Below are positions 63,103 to 64,000 of a DNA stretch of 64,000 nt, one piece after another. Position 1 is the first letter of the stretch, and every line of letters begins with the position of its first letter. The DNA lies in assembly GCA_973895155.1 (NCBI GenBank), contig OZ316897.1, forward strand, positions 6,624,470 through 6,688,469, read 5' to 3'. The notes under the pieces were generated by a model, which worked only from the letters and a program-made list of their open reading frames with translations, searched no databases and had not been told where the DNA came from. The DNA is from Marsupella aquatica (taxonomy: Eukaryota > Plantae > Marchantiophyta). Made by a program: the position numbers and the translations under genes.

Positions 63103-64000
63103 GTAAAGCCTCCTTTAAACAAATTGAAAAATTAAATGAGGCTGTCTTCTTTAAAGAGATCCTACTATCTATTTAAATTTTGATTTGTGTTCTTGAGGAG
63201 TGTCTCTCAAATTTATGATGTTTTCATGGCTTATCACTAAGTAGCTTGTATGTTAGGATCAGTGAGGCGGTGCCTCTTTGTGGCATTGCATCCAAAGCAA
63301 TTTGAAGGTCAGTCCCCTTTGACATGCATATGGGCTGCTCCAAAGTGTTTACAAATGTTGAGTTCTAGGTGAAATATCAAGAGTCTTATGGAAGCTAAGC
63401 TAGAGGTTACTTTACAAGAAATGAGTAAGAGCAATAGAAGCTTCTCATGCCTAAACTGGTAGTCTATCTCAAGTGCTTTACAATACACAAGACAAAGCAA
63501 ACCTATCCAGATGCCCTTGCATTGCACACAATATGTGGAGGACAATGTCAAAGAGAGAAAAAATCTCAAGGCAAGGCAAAAACATTAATGAGAGACAAAG
63601 ATAATGAGAGAAAAAGATATTAAGGCAAGCAAATTTAGTTGAGGCAAGACATATTAGGCAATTACGTAGTCTTAGGTCTAGAGTTACTATGTAACCAAAG
63701 TTAGCTTAATTGCAGTTAGTCTAATTGTAGCCAAATGGCTCAGATAAATTTGTTCCTCTTGTACTTGTGGCATAGGAACCAGCTCGGTCCATGATTGGAG
63801 CACCTCCTTGTATTGCATTATGAACACCATCGTGATCAATCTCCCATTCAACAAGATCCGGGATATGACATTTTGGTAATGCATTTATTCTTAGCTCTAC
63901 AGTAGAGTAATACTGTAGCCAAAGTTAGGCTAGTTGTATTCACAAATTAACCTTGTTCGATTAGTCATGCCTTGTCTAATATACACAAGTAGTGTTTGCG

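Noticed and set aside
61560-64000. Short ORFs in CpG-depleted DNA (61719-62006, 63309-63884)
   Set aside because: They are probably old TE coding relics, but no family motif could be recognised.

Overview
Eukaryotic nuclear DNA from a land plant. GT-AG introns, plant-specific genes and the intron/UTR style suggest a bryophyte, possibly a liverwort (inference only). Five recognisable protein genes were reconstructed by hand: (1) an intronless purine permease (PUP family, minus strand) with an apparent Tyr->TAA nonsense change in its last helix; (2) RRP6L3 exoribonuclease (13 coding exons, minus); (3) an FBL10-type F-box/LRR gene (4 coding exons, plus) behind a 67-codon upstream ORF; (4) the plastid import bridge TIC236 (23 coding exons, ~2413 aa, plus); (5) an intronless PP2A activator PTPA (minus). 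The intergenic DNA is a patchwork of mobile-element relics: a solo LTR with TSD, a TTAA-flanked piggyBac-like MITE, a hAT-like MITE, a Helitron 3' end, a possible CACTA element, a Copia-like relic with a 68-bp array, and nested satellites upstream of PTPA. The first ~11 kb is the least explained part. It is decayed, coding-like, apparently spliced sequence on both strands, and the only domain I can read in it is a Ulp1/C48 SUMO-protease-like relic, which points to a large decayed protease-carrying element. No rRNA, intact tRNA or CRISPR array was seen. I cannot demonstrate a new biological system from sequence alone. The best leads are the Ulp1-bearing block, the piggyBac-like MITE and the PUP nonsense allele.
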